Source of the DNA: Podarcis liolepis
Lineage: Eukaryota
Length of the DNA stretch: 64,000 bases
NCBI GenBank assembly: GCA_965112155.1
Contig: OZ218105.1
Strand: one strand, 5' to 3'
Shown: positions 1-12,512 of the stretch, piece by piece
How the letters are laid out: each line of letters begins with the position of its first letter
How positions within the stretch are numbered: the first letter of the stretch is position 1
Program-made: the position numbers and the translations under genes
Notes under the pieces: model-generated
Told to the model about the DNA's origin: nothing
Database searches by the model: none
Seen by the model: the letters and a program-made list of their open reading frames with translations, nothing else

Positions 1-298
1 AGACGTCTCAGGAAAAAAGTCACCTTTTCATGCCACTACAAAATGTACAAGTTCCCACAAATGGGACATGGAGCAGAAGCCCCTCCCCCCCAACAGATTT
101 CATGATCAAAAGTTGTGATTAGAGAGACACAAATGTTGACCAGTCTGAGAAAAATGCAAAGAATATAAGGTATGGAAAAGTCCCAATATATGGGACATAT
201 CTCAAGAATTACCCTATTGTGCTTTAGGCATGCTTACATTCTTTAGACTGTCCCTTCCTTTTTCAGTTCACTAGAATGTCATATATCACTATTCCAGG

Positions 299-709
299 TA
301 AGGATGGCGGGGGACTTAGATTAAATTCACACTTGGTGAATTTGCACTTTCTGGGACAACTCATGAACCAAAACACAGCCATCCTTTGAAATCGTCACTT
401 CTCTGAATTCTGCAGTACTGTTCTCCTTTCAAGTAATGTGTATCAAAAAACTCATGCGCTAGGGCAAAGTGTGCATAAAAAAGGCCTTTCATAGTAAAAA
501 TAGCATACAAAATGCATTACTTTGGGAAACATTGATCTGCAGAAATGTATGTATTAAGAAAAATGTGCAGTAAAATACTGCTGAATTTTCATAAGGACTT
601 CTTTCAATTAAATTTGCAAGTTGATGGGATAATGTGGAGAACCAATTTAAAGACTGGGGAAAGGGGTAACTGAGAGAGACTGAAACTGACAAATTGACAC
701 CCATCCCTA
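299..709. mobile_element. Non-autonomous hAT-type DNA transposon (old)
   Basis: Ends TAAGGATGG...CCATCCCTA; 8-bp TSD attccagg/attccaag. A related degraded copy lies in the opposite orientation at ~16002-16346. Confidence 0.7.
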
Positions 710-1414
710 ATTCCAAGTGTGTATTGGAAAGGATCAGCAGTCCCCCAGTCTACCATGCTTTCTAAAGCCAGGGACACCTGCCGCTTCCCACCCACAATTC
801 CACCTGTGCAGTCCACATCTGAGCAATCCCACAGGCAGGGTGCAGTGCAGCACAGAAAGGTTTGTGCAAAGAAGAGAAGACATTGGAGAATAGCTGCTTA
901 AATTGGAAACAAAAATGTAGAATTGGGTGTCTGGAACAACCAGGGCTGTAAACAACATTTTGCTTTGCATTGTGGTTTTTTGGGGACAGCAGCGTCCTCT
1001 TCTGCATAGCAGTGGGCAAGACTTCTCATTGTTCTTCGTCCTGGACACCAAAATATCATTTGGGCAGCAGTGGCCTTTCCTCGCTTTCTCAACAAATTTT
1101 ATCTAGTGACACAGAATAGCCTGTTGATCAAATATAGCTGCTGCTAAGCAGTTCTTGCTTGTGAAGTAGGACAGGCATGCTTTTGTGTGAGAGTCAATTA
1201 CTGAATTCTCTGCTCATGAAAGGGGGGCGGGAGAGATAAGTTCATTTTTGTCCTAATGTTAACTGCTGAACTTTAGTTGGAATCGAAACTAAGAAGCCAG
1301 TCTTCAAAAGTGCTCTGCTAACGCAAGCTGCAGTGAAGTGGCTTTAATCAGTGGGCGATCAGAGCTTTGAAGTTGCTTCTTCAGAGGCAGAGATGCTGTA
1401 GCAGAAGTTGATAA

Positions 1415-2080
1415 TCTTCTTTTTCTTGGCAATCACTTGTAGCCGAATAAGATTGTCTTCCGTAAACAGGGTTTGAACAGTGAGAGAAGGTCACTCACTG
1501 CATCATCACCTTGTTGTGGTGAATAGGCTCGCACGTTCCTATGACCCTATGAGCGAAGCCGTTGGGAGTCTCATACTCCCAGCAGGGTCACCCAAGGCAG
1601 TAAGGTCAAAGGGGAGGAGCTAGACAAAGAATGATCCAAGAAGTCCTCAATGGCAGAACAGGCGGATGATAACAAGCAGTATGTTACAACAGCTGTGAAG
1701 GCTGCAGCAGATAAGAATCTACCGGTCGTCGTGATACTCATGCCATCAGAATACAGTGGTACCTCGGGTTAAGTACTTAATTCGTTTTGGAGGTCTGTTC
1801 TTAACCTGAAACTGTTCTTAACCTGAAGCACCACTTTAGCTAATGGGGCCTCGCGCTGCCGCTGCACGATTTCTGTTCTCATCCTGAAGCAAAGTTCTTA
1901 ACCCAAGGTACTATTTCTGGGTTAGCGGAGTCTGTAACCTGAAGCGTCTGTAACCTGAAGCGTGTGTATCCCGAGGTACCACTGTAGGGCCTTACTGTGA
2001 AGACTGTGCATTGATCAGCGTGCACTGATCTACACACATAAAACAAATTTATGCGCAGGCGTCTTCCAAAAAAAGAAGTC
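1415..2080. mobile_element. RTE-clade-derived fragments (3' end on -, 5'UTR-like segment on +), interrupted by a MITE
   Basis: CACCTTGTTGTGGTGAATAGGCT...AGGGTCACCCAAGGC...AGACAAAG resembles recalled RTE/Expander/Bov-B 5' ends. Boundaries are approximate. Confidence 0.45.
1754..1984. mobile_element. Tc1/mariner (pogo/Tigger-like) MITE
   Basis: TIR CAGTGGTACCTCGG / CCGAGGTACCACTG, flanked by TA on both sides. Confidence 0.9.
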
Positions 2081-2329
2081 TGTAATATTGGGTTCATGAC
2101 TGTAGTGCCAAATTCATGGAGGGTAAGGCTGTCGATGGCTACTAGTTATAATGGCTCTGCAATTGCCTCCACAGTTGAAGAAGTAGTGCTTCTGAAGACC
2201 AGCTGCTGGAAACCACAGAGGGGTATGGGGAACAGGTCCTGCTTGCAGTTTTCCCACAGGCATCTGGTTGGCCAATATGCAGACAGGACGCTGCACAAGA
2301 TTGGCCATTGTCCTGATCCAGGAGGCTCA

Positions 2330-2565
2330 CCAGTGTGGTGTAGTGGTTAAGAGCGGTAGTCTCGTAATCTGGGGAACCGGGTTCGCGTCTCCGCTCCTCC
2401 ACATGCAGCTGCTGGGTGACCTTGGGCCAGTCACACTTCTTTGAAGTCTCTCAGCCCCACTCACCTCACAGAGTGTTTGTTGTGGGGGAGGAAGGGAAAG
2501 GAGAATGTTAGCCGCTTTGAGACTCCTTAGGGCAGTAATAAAGTGGGATATCAAATCCAAACTCC

Positions 2566-2599
<34 letters not shown>
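2330..2599 (+). mobile_element. Squam3-type tRNA-derived SINE
   Basis: A box TGGTGTAGTGG, B box GGTTCGCGTCT, (CTT)n tail. Near-identical to the copies at 28477 and 51997. Inserted in an older CR1-like 3' end. Confidence 0.85.
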
Positions 2600-2704
2600 G
2601 CATTACTTTCTTAATTTCTAAATAAAGTGGGGCGAGTTTCTAAATAAAATGTCACTGGTCCAGATTAAGTGACTTGAACTTTTGTTTGCAATCAAAGCCA
2701 CACA

Positions 2705-3489
2705 AAACAAACAAGATGAATTTTAACAGGGAGAAATGTAAAGTATTGCACTTGGGCAAAAAAAATGAGAGGCACAAATACAAGATGGGTGACACCTGGC
2801 TTGAGAGCAGTACATGTGAAAAGGATCTAGGAGTCTTGGTTGAACACAAACTTGACATGAGCCAACAGTGTGACGCGGCAGCTAAAAAAGCCAATGCAAT
2901 TCTGGGCTGCATCAATAGGAGTATAGCATCTAGATCAAGGGAAGTAATAGTGCCACTGTATTCTGCTCTGGTCAGACCTCACCTGGAGTACTGTGTCCAG
3001 TTCTGGGCACCACAGTTCAAGAAGGACACTGACAAACTGGAACGTGTCCAGAGGAGGGCAATCAAAAAGGTCAAAGGCCTGGAAACGATGCCTTATGAGG
3101 AACAGCTAAGGGAGCTGGGCATGTTTAGCCTGGAGAAGAGGAGGTTAAGGGGTGATATGATAGCCATGTTCAAATATATAAAAGGATGTCATATAGAGGA
3201 GGGAGAAAGGTTGTTTTCTGCTGCTCCAGAGAAGCGGACACGGAGCAATGGATCCAAACTACAAGAAAGAAGATTCCACCTAAACATTAGGAAGAACTTC
3301 CTGACAGTAAGAGCTGTTCGACAGTGGAATTTGCTGCCAAGGAGTGTGGTGGAGTCTCCTTTTTTGGAGGTCTTTAAGCAGAGGCTTGACAACCATATGT
3401 CAGGAGTGCTCTGATGGTGTTTCCTGCTTGGCAGGGGGTTGGACTCGATGGCCCTTGTGGTCTCTTCCAACTCTATGATTCTATGATTC
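2705..3489 (+). mobile_element. CR1 LINE, 5'-truncated and young
   Basis: Uninterrupted ORF2 C-terminus ([13 protein letters not shown]...KRRLRGDMI) ending at 3414, followed by the CR1 3'UTR and (ATTCTATG)n tail. Confidence 0.95.
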
Positions 3490-3670
3490 CACTCAACTTC
3501 ATAATTGTTAACTTTTCGCATTGATTTTAGTGGGACCCAAGTTCCAACTTATTTATTCTGGATTCAACTCATTATGATGTTCTTACACAGGTAGTCATTT
3601 TGTTAACTGACATTTTATGCATTACTCTTATGAAATTGTGGCTTCTGCTCCAGTGAACACTGTTTCTGCT

Positions 3671-3809
3671 CTCAGTTGGTAGAGCATGAGACTCTTCATC
3701 TCAGGTCCATGGGCTCAAGCCCCACACTGAGCAAAATATTCATGCCCTGCAGGGGGTTGGACTAGATGGCCCTCATGGTCCTTTCCGACTCTACAGTTTT
3801 GTGGTTCTG
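3671..3809 (+). mobile_element. SINE with tRNA-Lys-like head and CR1-derived tail (degraded)
   Basis: CTCAGTTGGTAGAGCATGAGACTCTT...CTCAGG head followed by a GCAGGGGGTTGGACTAGATG CR1-type tail. Confidence 0.7.
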
Positions 3810-3969
3810 CGACTAGTTCCAAATACCCAAAGGGGCTTTGAAGCTCCTGTTGTTTTTAAAAATAAATCTTAGTGTGTGGCATGGAGAGCTCAAGCAGCAG
3901 CTCTCCATGCCACAAAGGAAGGCTCTTTTAAACCAGGAGAAATTTCATATGGCATTGTAGTCTCTTTGT

Positions 3970-4012
<43 letters not shown>

Positions 4013-4110
4013 TGGAATTAAAGGTCCCACTGGGCACGCCAAAGTCCTTGGGCATGCATAAAGCAGGTCTTTGGATTTCAGCCTAAGACTCTTGTATTTT
4101 GCAATTATAG

Positions 4111-4214
4111 CAGATGCAGTCAACAATGCAGCTGGCTATGGGTTCAGTGGTGTTGACAAGACAGGCAATTTCCACTGGGACCTTCTGTCTAATTTGAATA
4201 TCAGGAACATTGAG
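4111..4214 (+). CDS. MBOAT1: MBOAT1 (lysophospholipid acyltransferase 1) internal coding exon
   Basis: Acceptor ttatag| and donor GAG|gtaagt. Encodes (A)DAVNNAAGYGFSGVDKTGNFHWDLLSNLNIRNIE, matching recalled vertebrate MBOAT1 better than MBOAT2. No upstream exon was recognised in 1-4110. Confidence 0.95.
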
Positions 4215-4962
4215 GTAAGTTTAAAAGAAAACATCATGGAAAAGGAATAGCATGAGCCTGATAAGATCATTACACCCAGTGAAAAATTCTTATTGCTACA
4301 CAGATATGCGTGCAAACAAAAGTTATTTTGTATTTTAGATTATCAGAAACATTATTTTGGTGTGTGTATTAAATTTTAAAAATGTAAAACCACAAAAAGC
4401 GGCGGCTGCTGCTGCTTTTAAATAGAACCTCATGACCATGTCTCACCCTTGGCTTGTTAACTTGAAGAATTTGAACTCAAATATCTGACATTTTCAGCAA
4501 TGGCCTTATGTTATGCACAGTTCTGTTGTAAAAAGCAGTAATCTTACCCTTCACATAAAAAATTCTCTACAAGGGATTATTATATTAAATGAAATATGGA
4601 TTGTGAGAATCCAAACAATTTAAGGATGGATTTTGATCCCAACTTAGTAGTAAAGCCCACTGAATTTAATTTGGCTTATATGTGAATAGGCATGGTTAGA
4701 ATTGTGCTGTAAAACAAACATTAGCCTCTGGATTTACCATTTAGGGTTTTGCTGGTGTAAAATGGTTATGCTTCTTATCTTTTAAAATAAATTGCAAACC
4801 TCATCTCTGTGTACTACTTAAGATAAATTACAGACTTCAAAGTTCTAGGGTAGTGAAAGAAGCACAGGCAAAGCATTTGAATACAATAGGTGAGGATGAG
4901 TTGGACTGACATTTTTAACGTGAACGCAGACCAGTAATGTGCGGGGCTTTCCTCTCTCCTAG

Positions 4963-5027
4963 ATGGCAACGAGTTTTAAAATGTATGTAGACAACTGGAA
5001 TATCCAAACCACTGCCTGGCTCAAACG
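4963..5027 (+). CDS. MBOAT1: MBOAT1 coding exon
   Basis: ctctctcctag|ATG...AAACG|gtaaga. Encodes MATSFKMYVDNWNIQTTAWLK(R), which includes the conserved MBOAT WN motif. Phase 0 in, phase 2 out. Confidence 0.95.
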
Positions 5028-6976
5028 GTAAGAGCAATGTACTCGAGGTGCTTTTACACTGCTTTGATAATCCTCCTCATCTGCCCATACATTTAACAGG
5101 GCTTTTAACATTTGTCACTGAAGCCTATTTCTACACTAAGGGCTCGTCCCTCTAGCATAGGGCCGAGCAGTTCCCCCCTTACCCCATTCCTTTCCTAGGG
5201 AAAAATTCACTCTTTAGCTCTAAATCGGTGCAAATGTCGATCTGGGAGAAGCCTGAATTGCTGTTTACTCCAATTAAGCATTAAAGAAAGAGCAGTTTCC
5301 CCTGGGGAAAAGCAGCGGGACAAGAGCAACTGTAAATAAGCCCTAAACCTTACAGTCAGCTGTGGGAGACATCCAGTGATCTTCATCTACACGTGCAATG
5401 GACTTTCAGCTTCTCTTTCTCCCTGCAGTACACCCTCATAATCGGCTCCAGGGGGTCCCCCAAGCTTCAGAGCTGATTGGGGAAGGGCTACAGGGGGAAG
5501 AAAAAGAGACAATGCTGTTCCACTAGGTGGACCTTTCCTTGTATGTTTGTCTAGGACTCCAATAATGTTAGGTAAGACGTGTGTTCTTCACTGGGTATTC
5601 CTAGGTCGGGTAGGAAGCTATGACCATCAGGTCTTTCCTGCTAGTGCCACCCTGCATGTGAAATGGCTTCTTCAAGGAGTCCTAGCAGGCCTGCTCACTT
5701 GCCATTATTGGAAACTGGAATATTGTTATACTATTGGAATACTTCCTTGTCTGGTCAGGCATTTGATTTTGCTGCTATCTCAACTGGTTGCTGATGTGGT
5801 GGCTTAAGATTTTAATTTTCATGTTGTGATTTTATATTTAAGATACCCCGGGGTGCATTTTTAGATCTGGTAGGCAAGATATAAAATTAAAATTAATGCT
5901 TTGTTTATATCAGCTTGGGCTGCTGTCACCACTGCTTTCTGTGTGCCTGAGTTAAATAGGTTGAATTTTTACATCAATTCCTCCCCCACAACAAAGCCTT
6001 TATTTTTCCCCTCTCTCATTGCGCAAGAGAGTGTCAGAGTGATTTTGTTAATTTGGAAAGTGATTAATTCTGATTCCACATGCCTACAGACGCACAGCAA
6101 AATTCCTTCCCATGGAAAATAGTTCTGTTCAGTAATGTATATACAGTATTGGTTTGCCATGTATAAAACCTGTTTGGATTTCTACAAGTCACACTCATGA
6201 CTTACATTTAAAAACATAATCAGAAAGAGAGAGAGAGAGTGTGTGTGTTTCTGCTACAAAAAATTAAAAATCTATACATGCCAAAAATCTAGAAACTTGT
6301 CATAAATACTTATTTTGAATTTCTTTTTTTTCAAAACACTCCATTGAGTTAAAGGAAGGAAAATGGGCCAAACTATAAGGAATTCAAATAGGAGTTTTGT
6401 GTCTGGAAAGTATATGTTCTGGGTGCCTATGGACTAACACTTTAAAAATGTAAGATGCCCTTTAAGGTGTCTCTAGGTATGAAAATCTGGGGTAGAGAAA
6501 AGACAGCATTATAAAATCTGAAGATTTACTGCCATGAAAGCAGGTTACGCTAGTTGAAGCTTGTCTTGTCCTTATTCAGAAGCAACTTGCCCATTGGGGT
6601 GGGGCTGCAGCAAGATGCTTCCCAGCAGTGGGGCTCCTGCTGCTAGTTACTAGGAGGGGCAAGGTGGCAGGGAGGTCTGCCTGGCACAGTGCCAGGCAGA
6701 AGTGTTGCATTGTCCCTGCCAGCGCCCCCACACCAAGCTGACCTCCCTGCCGCCTCACCTCTGGCCGCCTCCCAATAAGCAGCAGCGACCCCTCTGCCAG
6801 GAAACCAAGGTTGCTGCTTCGCCATTCTGGGGAAACCAATTTTGTCCTCTCGTATAAGTATGCTTTTGAAACGCCTGCCTTCTGGCGTAGTTACGAAGTC
6901 AGCTTCGAAAGCGTTTGAGATGCAATCCATGTATTGTCTGCACATGGTATTATTTTGGTTTTGCTTTTCTTCCCAG

Positions 6977-7109
6977 CATCTGCTATGATAGAGCTCCTCA
7001 GTACCCTACAGCTTTAACGTTTCTTCTGTCAGCTGTTTGGCATGGCGTCTACCCTGGATATTATTTTACATTTGTCACTGGGATCTTTATGACACTAGCA
7101 GCCAGAGCA
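6977..7109 (+). CDS. MBOAT1: MBOAT1 coding exon containing the catalytic His (WHG)
   Basis: ttcccag|C...GCA|gtatgt. Encodes ICYDRAPQYPTALTFLLSAVWHGVYPGYYFTFVTGIFMTLAARA. Confidence 0.96.
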
Positions 7110-7521
7110 GTATGTATCTCCTTTCCATTTTATTTTTTTAAAATGGGTGCAATCTGAAATGTAACTATTCACACTCAGTTCTCTTCAGGTCATTGGAACA
7201 TGGTTGTGGGCATGAGTCCTATTGGTTTTCAGAGTGCTTTCTTGAATATACCAACCTGCCTCTGTCTGAAACCCCACGTTTTCTGAGCTATCTCACGCTG
7301 ACCTATTTAGGGGCCATGCTTGCTATCCCTGCCCCCATTGTCAACCTCCCACCACTCTCCGTGTGTTGGGTGGGGTGGAGATCTCAAGCAGGGAGCCCGC
7401 TGCATTCATGTAGGCTTATTGTGCCTGGTTATAAATATGTGTACAGAGACTCCCTGCTTCAGACCCCATGCCTACACATAGTACATGGCAGGACCAGTCA
7501 GGGTGCAAAGGCATGATTGTA

Positions 7522-7770
7522 CAGTCATACCTCGGGATGAATACGCTTCAGGTTAAGCGTTTCCGGGTTGCGCTCTGCGGCAACCTGGAAGTAACAGAAC
7601 GCGTTACCTCCAGGTTTCGCCACTTGCGCATGCGCAGATGGTCTCTCGTATGCACGGAAGCGCCGAAACGTGACCCGCACATGCGCAGATGTGCAGTCGC
7701 GTGTTATGTTCGCTTCAGGATCCGAACGGGGCTCCGGAACGGATCCCGTTCGCATCCAGAGGTACCACTG
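7522..7770. mobile_element. pogo/Tigger-like MITE with a CpG-rich internal variant
   Basis: CAGTCATACCTCGG...GAGGTACCACTG with TA TSD; lies in an MBOAT1 intron. Confidence 0.85.
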
Positions 7771-8366
7771 TAATTGCTTGATGGGAAGATGTCCAAAAGG
7801 AAAAGGAAATTCACTTATTGGAAATCATATATCATCAACATGTTCCTACCAAAAAAAACCTGACAACAGTGTTTGCTAAAGAATCAGAAACTAGAGAAGG
7901 ATTTGACTGCAGTTCCTGGTAGTTGTGGTAGCTTAGATGGTTCCCCTCTCTTTGTCATCTCTCCTGTGACTGCTCCCAGACATTTATGTAAGCTTGGTAT
8001 TCTTCTTTGACTGTACAATTTGGGGTGGTGGGTGTGCATTCGTTTGTATGCTAATTATTGCATTGGCTTTGGCCTTTTGAGATATCTTTTACTGAATCTT
8101 TGTACTTTACAATGCAATCCTATGCATGCCTGCTAGGAAATATGTGTGTATAGGACTGCAGCCCAAGCCACTTCTTCCAGGTCTGTTCAGCTGCTGTTCC
8201 CCTCAGTTTCTTGCTGAGACACTTCTTTCTTATTTAGTAAGAGGAAAGAAGAAACCAAATATTCCTTATTGGTATACCAGACCACATCATGATTAAGTGG
8301 ATAGGACAGCAGCCATTATGTGAAGATTGCCTTAAACTTTTTTTTTTTTTTTTTGCCTTTTTAAAG

Positions 8367-8518
8367 GTCAGGAACAATTTCCGGCATTTCTTCGTCTCCC
8401 CAAAGCCTCTCAAAACGGGCTATGACATTGTGACCTGGTTGGTAACTCAGCTCTCTGTCTGCTATACCGTTGCACCATTTGTTCTGCTAGCTGTTGAGCC
8501 TACAATTAAATTATACAA
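8367..8518 (+). CDS. MBOAT1: MBOAT1 penultimate coding exon
   Basis: Long T tract then aaag|GTC...TACAA|gtaagc. Encodes VRNNFRHFFVSPKPLKTGYDIVTWLVTQLSVCYTVAPFVLLAVEPTIKLY(K). Confidence 0.95.
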
Positions 8519-9296
8519 GTAAGCCGCCACCTATTATTATAGCTGTTTTTTAAAAAAATCTTGGGGTTGCATCAGGCCATAACTTTTTCAGATTTGCCAG
8601 CCTGTGGTCCATGTTGGGTGATGTTTCACCATGGTTTGAAGGAAAGCTAAGCTGGATATATTTGCTAGCTGTGTCACCTTTGGAAGCTCAGTTAATATTT
8701 GAAATGTATACTTGGGCCTTTGATGCGGAACTTTGCAAGGAATAAGAAGGGGCAATGCATCTGTTTCATTCCAAGTTGGAAAGTGCACTCAGCAATTTTA
8801 TTTTTATATCTGTTGCTTCCCTTAAAATTCGTAGTGTATGGCGATGGCAGGTTGTTGTGTAGATGGAAGAAGGGTGCAGAACAACACTGAGGGAAGTTCC
8901 ATGGGAATGTTTGTTAGTAGGATGTGGTGAAAATTTAAAACTGAACTCCTGAGCCACCCTGAGCCCGGCTTCGGCTGGGGAGGGCGGGATATAAATAAAA
9001 TTTATTATTATTATTATTATTGATGGAGTGTAAATCTCCAACTCAGGGCCCAAACATACAAGGTTAGGTTTGGCAGATAGACCAGGGCACTTTCTAGAAA
9101 TCCTGAGTTGTTGCTTTGAGAGGCATAATGGTCTGTTCCCCTTTTCAAAATACTTTGCTTTAGTAGACCAGGAAGAGCTACAACCCAGTATGTTGCATCT
9201 CAGTGAAAAACAATCACTACTCATCATTATAGGTTGTTTTAACCTGACTTCCACTTGCTTCATATTCCTTGCTACTTCTTTCTTTGTCCCCTACAG

Positions 9297-9435
9297 GTCA
9301 CTGTACTTTCATATGCACATTTTATGTGTAGTTGTGTTGCTGGTCCTTCCAATCAGATCTCAGAAACACATGAAAAGGCAGCAGCTTCCCCTTCAAGGCA
9401 CGCACAACTCTGACATAAACGAGAAAGCAAAATGA
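9297..9435 (+). CDS. MBOAT1: MBOAT1 terminal coding exon
   Basis: ccctacag|G TCA CTG TAC... encodes SLYFHMHILCVVVLLVLPIRSQKHMKRQQLPLQGTHNSDINEKAK, then TGA at 9433-9435. Phase matches the previous exon. Confidence 0.93.
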
Positions 9436-9756
9436 TACCTCAAAAGGGAATTGTCGCTCCTCTTCTGTGAGACGCTGGAAAAATGGGTACGAGCAATACA
9501 CCATTGCAGTGGCTTAATTGAAGAAACTTTTTAAATGGACAGAAAGGATATGGACTGATTACCAGTTAAGACTTGTTACTGGGTAATGTTTACATCCTTG
9601 ATGGGCGAAGATAATATATTTTTTTGTAAACTAAAGAGAATAATGGAGTGTTTTTAATGCATTTAAATTCTTGCACACGTCTATCATCTCTTAAAGTTAA
9701 TCTTAATTATCCAGTGCTTTTGAGATGTAGGGGAAAGATAAACATTGGGGGTTGGC

Positions 9757-10352
9757 TGTCATGGACTGGCTAGATGCAGAGGAGTGGGGGGCACTAGCTG
9801 GGGAACCCCCAAGGGAACCCCCAGGGGAAGAAGGCTCAGAGTGAGGGGACTGGTGGTGGGATGACAGTGAGTGGTCAGAGGGAGAAGAGGGAGCAGACTG
9901 CGGGGAGGAGGTGTCGGGAGCTGAAGAGGCAACAGGGTTTAGTGAGCAGGGAGAGGCCGTGGCAGAGACAAGTCCTGAGTCAGAGGCAGGAAAGGAGGCT
10001 CAAGAGGAGGGGGGGGGGCAAGAGGCAGTGATCAGGCAGGCTGCTGAAGAAGCCAGGGAGTCTCACCCCCCCCCCAGTCTCCCAGAACACAAAGAGGAAT
10101 GAAGAGGCCAGAGCAAAGAGAGACAAGATGAAGGAGTCTCAGGTTGCTTGGGAAGGTCCCAGGGGAGGAGGATACATAGGCAAATGTGGGATGACCTTCA
10201 CTCCCCACAACTGCCTCATTCAGGCAGGATCTACTGGGAAGAGTTGCCGTGCTGACTCAGCCTGAGCTGTTTTTTATTTCTTTGTATAAAGCGTTAACTT
10301 CACTGACATCTTGTGAGTTCTGGCTGACCTGACCCGGACGCCCACCTTGACA
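9757..10352. mobile_element. Solo LTR (Gypsy-like) in the probable MBOAT1 3'UTR
   Basis: TGTCA...TGACA termini; 5-bp TSD ttggc/ttagc with one mismatch; purine-rich interior. Confidence 0.75.
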
Positions 10353-11043
10353 TTAGCAGATGGGTGCCCTAAGCATCAAAATGTATTTCTTCCCCCACCC
10401 CCACATAAAACGATTAAAGGTGAAAAATAACTTGTAGTGTGTACCTGTAATTCCCAAATGGTGGGTTGCAAGGAATTTCATGGGCGGGTTTCCTGGATGC
10501 AACAAAAGCTGCAAAGAATTTGTGATTCATGGTCAACAGGTGTGGGGACCATTGGGCCCACATAGACAGTACCTCCCTGCAAAAAGGAAACTTACATGGG
10601 TGGGTCCTCTTTGGTAAAATTACCATAAGAACCATTAACCTAGAACAAACAAAGTGCATGCTGAGTGACTGGCAATAGACATTAGGAAAGGGAAAACCAT
10701 GGAGCAGGCTGGCTGTGGTTGCCCATACAGATATAAAATCAGGTATAGACCGAGGTGAGAAATGTGGGCTAGACAGGGTTTGAAAGAGAATTACAGGCTT
10801 TTCCAGAACACTTCCTGTTTGACCTGTTTTCTATGCTGAGCTTGGGTGATTTCTCTCCCCCCCCCACTGCCACTGTACTCCATAATCTTTTCCTGATACT
10901 ACAAACCTTTCAAATGTTGCCTGCATTCATTATTTCATGATAGCCGAACAAAGATAAATTACTTTGGCACTTGGAAAATAACTCAGGGAACTTGGTGTGA
11001 AGCACTTGACTAAACCGTTTCAGAATATGCTTCCTAATATTCA

Positions 11044-12512
11044 GAACACTGATGTCCTAGATCTGGAAGGGTTCGACAATGCTTTTGGGTGGCATGCATA
11101 TTTGTGGTACGACAAGGTAAAAATTCATAAAATGTTCAAAAACCATATTGTCAGAAGAGCAATATTTATGGTCTGGATAAAATACAAAGACTTATTAGAG
11201 GGTAAGACCCCGAGGTGGCTATCACCAGTGGAGGCCAAGGCTCGAAAAAGACCCAATATGGAGGCCAACTGGCCGAAATATTGGGAAATAATAGAAAAAA
11301 TTGGAGACAATTGGAGGCTGCAGAGCTTGGAGAAACTAAAGAATAAGGTGCGAGATTGGTTACATTACGCTCAAATTCAAGAGGTTTTCAAAATAGACAA
11401 AAAAGTTGGGTCCCAGGTGGATAAATCGAAATTAGAGACGGAATTGTTAGAACCAAAAACTAAGATACTTTCGAGAATGTATAACTTGCTGCTTAAATGG
11501 AACACACAAGATGAGACAGTTAAATCAGCCATGATAAAATGGGCACAGGATGTTGGGCCTAACATTATGTTTGAAGACTGGGAAAGGTTATGGACCACCG
11601 GAATGAAATTCACGGCATGTAATGCCTTGAAGGAAAACATTATGAAAATGATATATAGGTGGTACATGACCCCAGTCAAGCTTGCTAAGATATATCATCT
11701 GTCTGACAATAAATGTTGGAAATGCAAGGAGGCTGAAGGGACATTCTTTCACCTCTGGTGGACCTGCCCAAAAGTGAAGGCCTTCTGGGAAATGATCTAT
11801 AATGAGTTAAAAAAGGTGTTTAAGTACACCTTCCCCAAGAAACCAGAGGCCTTCCTCCTGGGCATTGTCGGCCAGAAGGTGTCAAAGAAGGATAGAACTT
11901 TTTTTATGTATGCAACTACAGCAGCAAGAATTCTCATCGCAAAGTACTGGAAGATACAAGATCTACCCACACTGGAAGAGTGGCAGACACAATTGATGGA
12001 CTATATGGAATTGGCTGAAATGACTGGCAGAATCCGAGATCTGGGAGAAGAAACAATGGAAGAGGACTGGAAAAAATTTAAGGACTATTTGCAAAAACAC
12101 TATAAGCTGTACGAATGTTAAGAATGTGCATGATTTGGAAACTTTAGCTTCAGCAACTAGATCTGATGAACTGGAAATTAAGTTATAAGAAAGACAAGGT
12201 GGAAAATTGAAGTAATTGTATTATGTTTATTTTAAGGCATAAGTGATTGAGAAACAGTATTTTGAATCTAGAAACATAATACTTGAAAGATACAGTAAGG
12301 TATGAAACATGGTAACAATTTGCTGATGTTTTTATTGCAAGGAACGCAGGGTTTGGAAGATGTGGGGAAGTCCAGTTGGATTGGTAAAAATGGTTTGGAA
12401 GGTTGGTTTTCTTTATATACCTCTTTTTCTATTTTCGTTTCTTTTCTTCTTTTCTGTACTACACTTCTGACTATGTATAAGAAAATTTAATAAAAATATT
12501 TATAAAAAAAAA
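11044..12512 (+). mobile_element. L1 LINE, 5'-truncated and young
   Basis: Open ORF2 C-terminus to 12121 with CCHC knuckle CWKC-x8-H-x4-C. AATAAA at 12489, A tail, and perfect 22-bp TSD agaatatgcttcctaatattca (11022-11043 and 12513-12534). Confidence 0.95.

Noticed and set aside
1499-1750. HDV-like ribozyme in the RTE-like 5' segment
   Set aside because: Such ribozymes occur in some RTE elements, but I could not build the nested double pseudoknot by eye.
2674-3414. 246-aa ORF as a host gene
   Set aside because: It is a CR1 ORF2 fragment with a second near-identical copy at 22411-22758.
10997-12121. 374-aa ORF as a host gene
   Set aside because: It is the L1 ORF2 C-terminus. The apparent start lies in flanking/TSD sequence that happens to be in frame.
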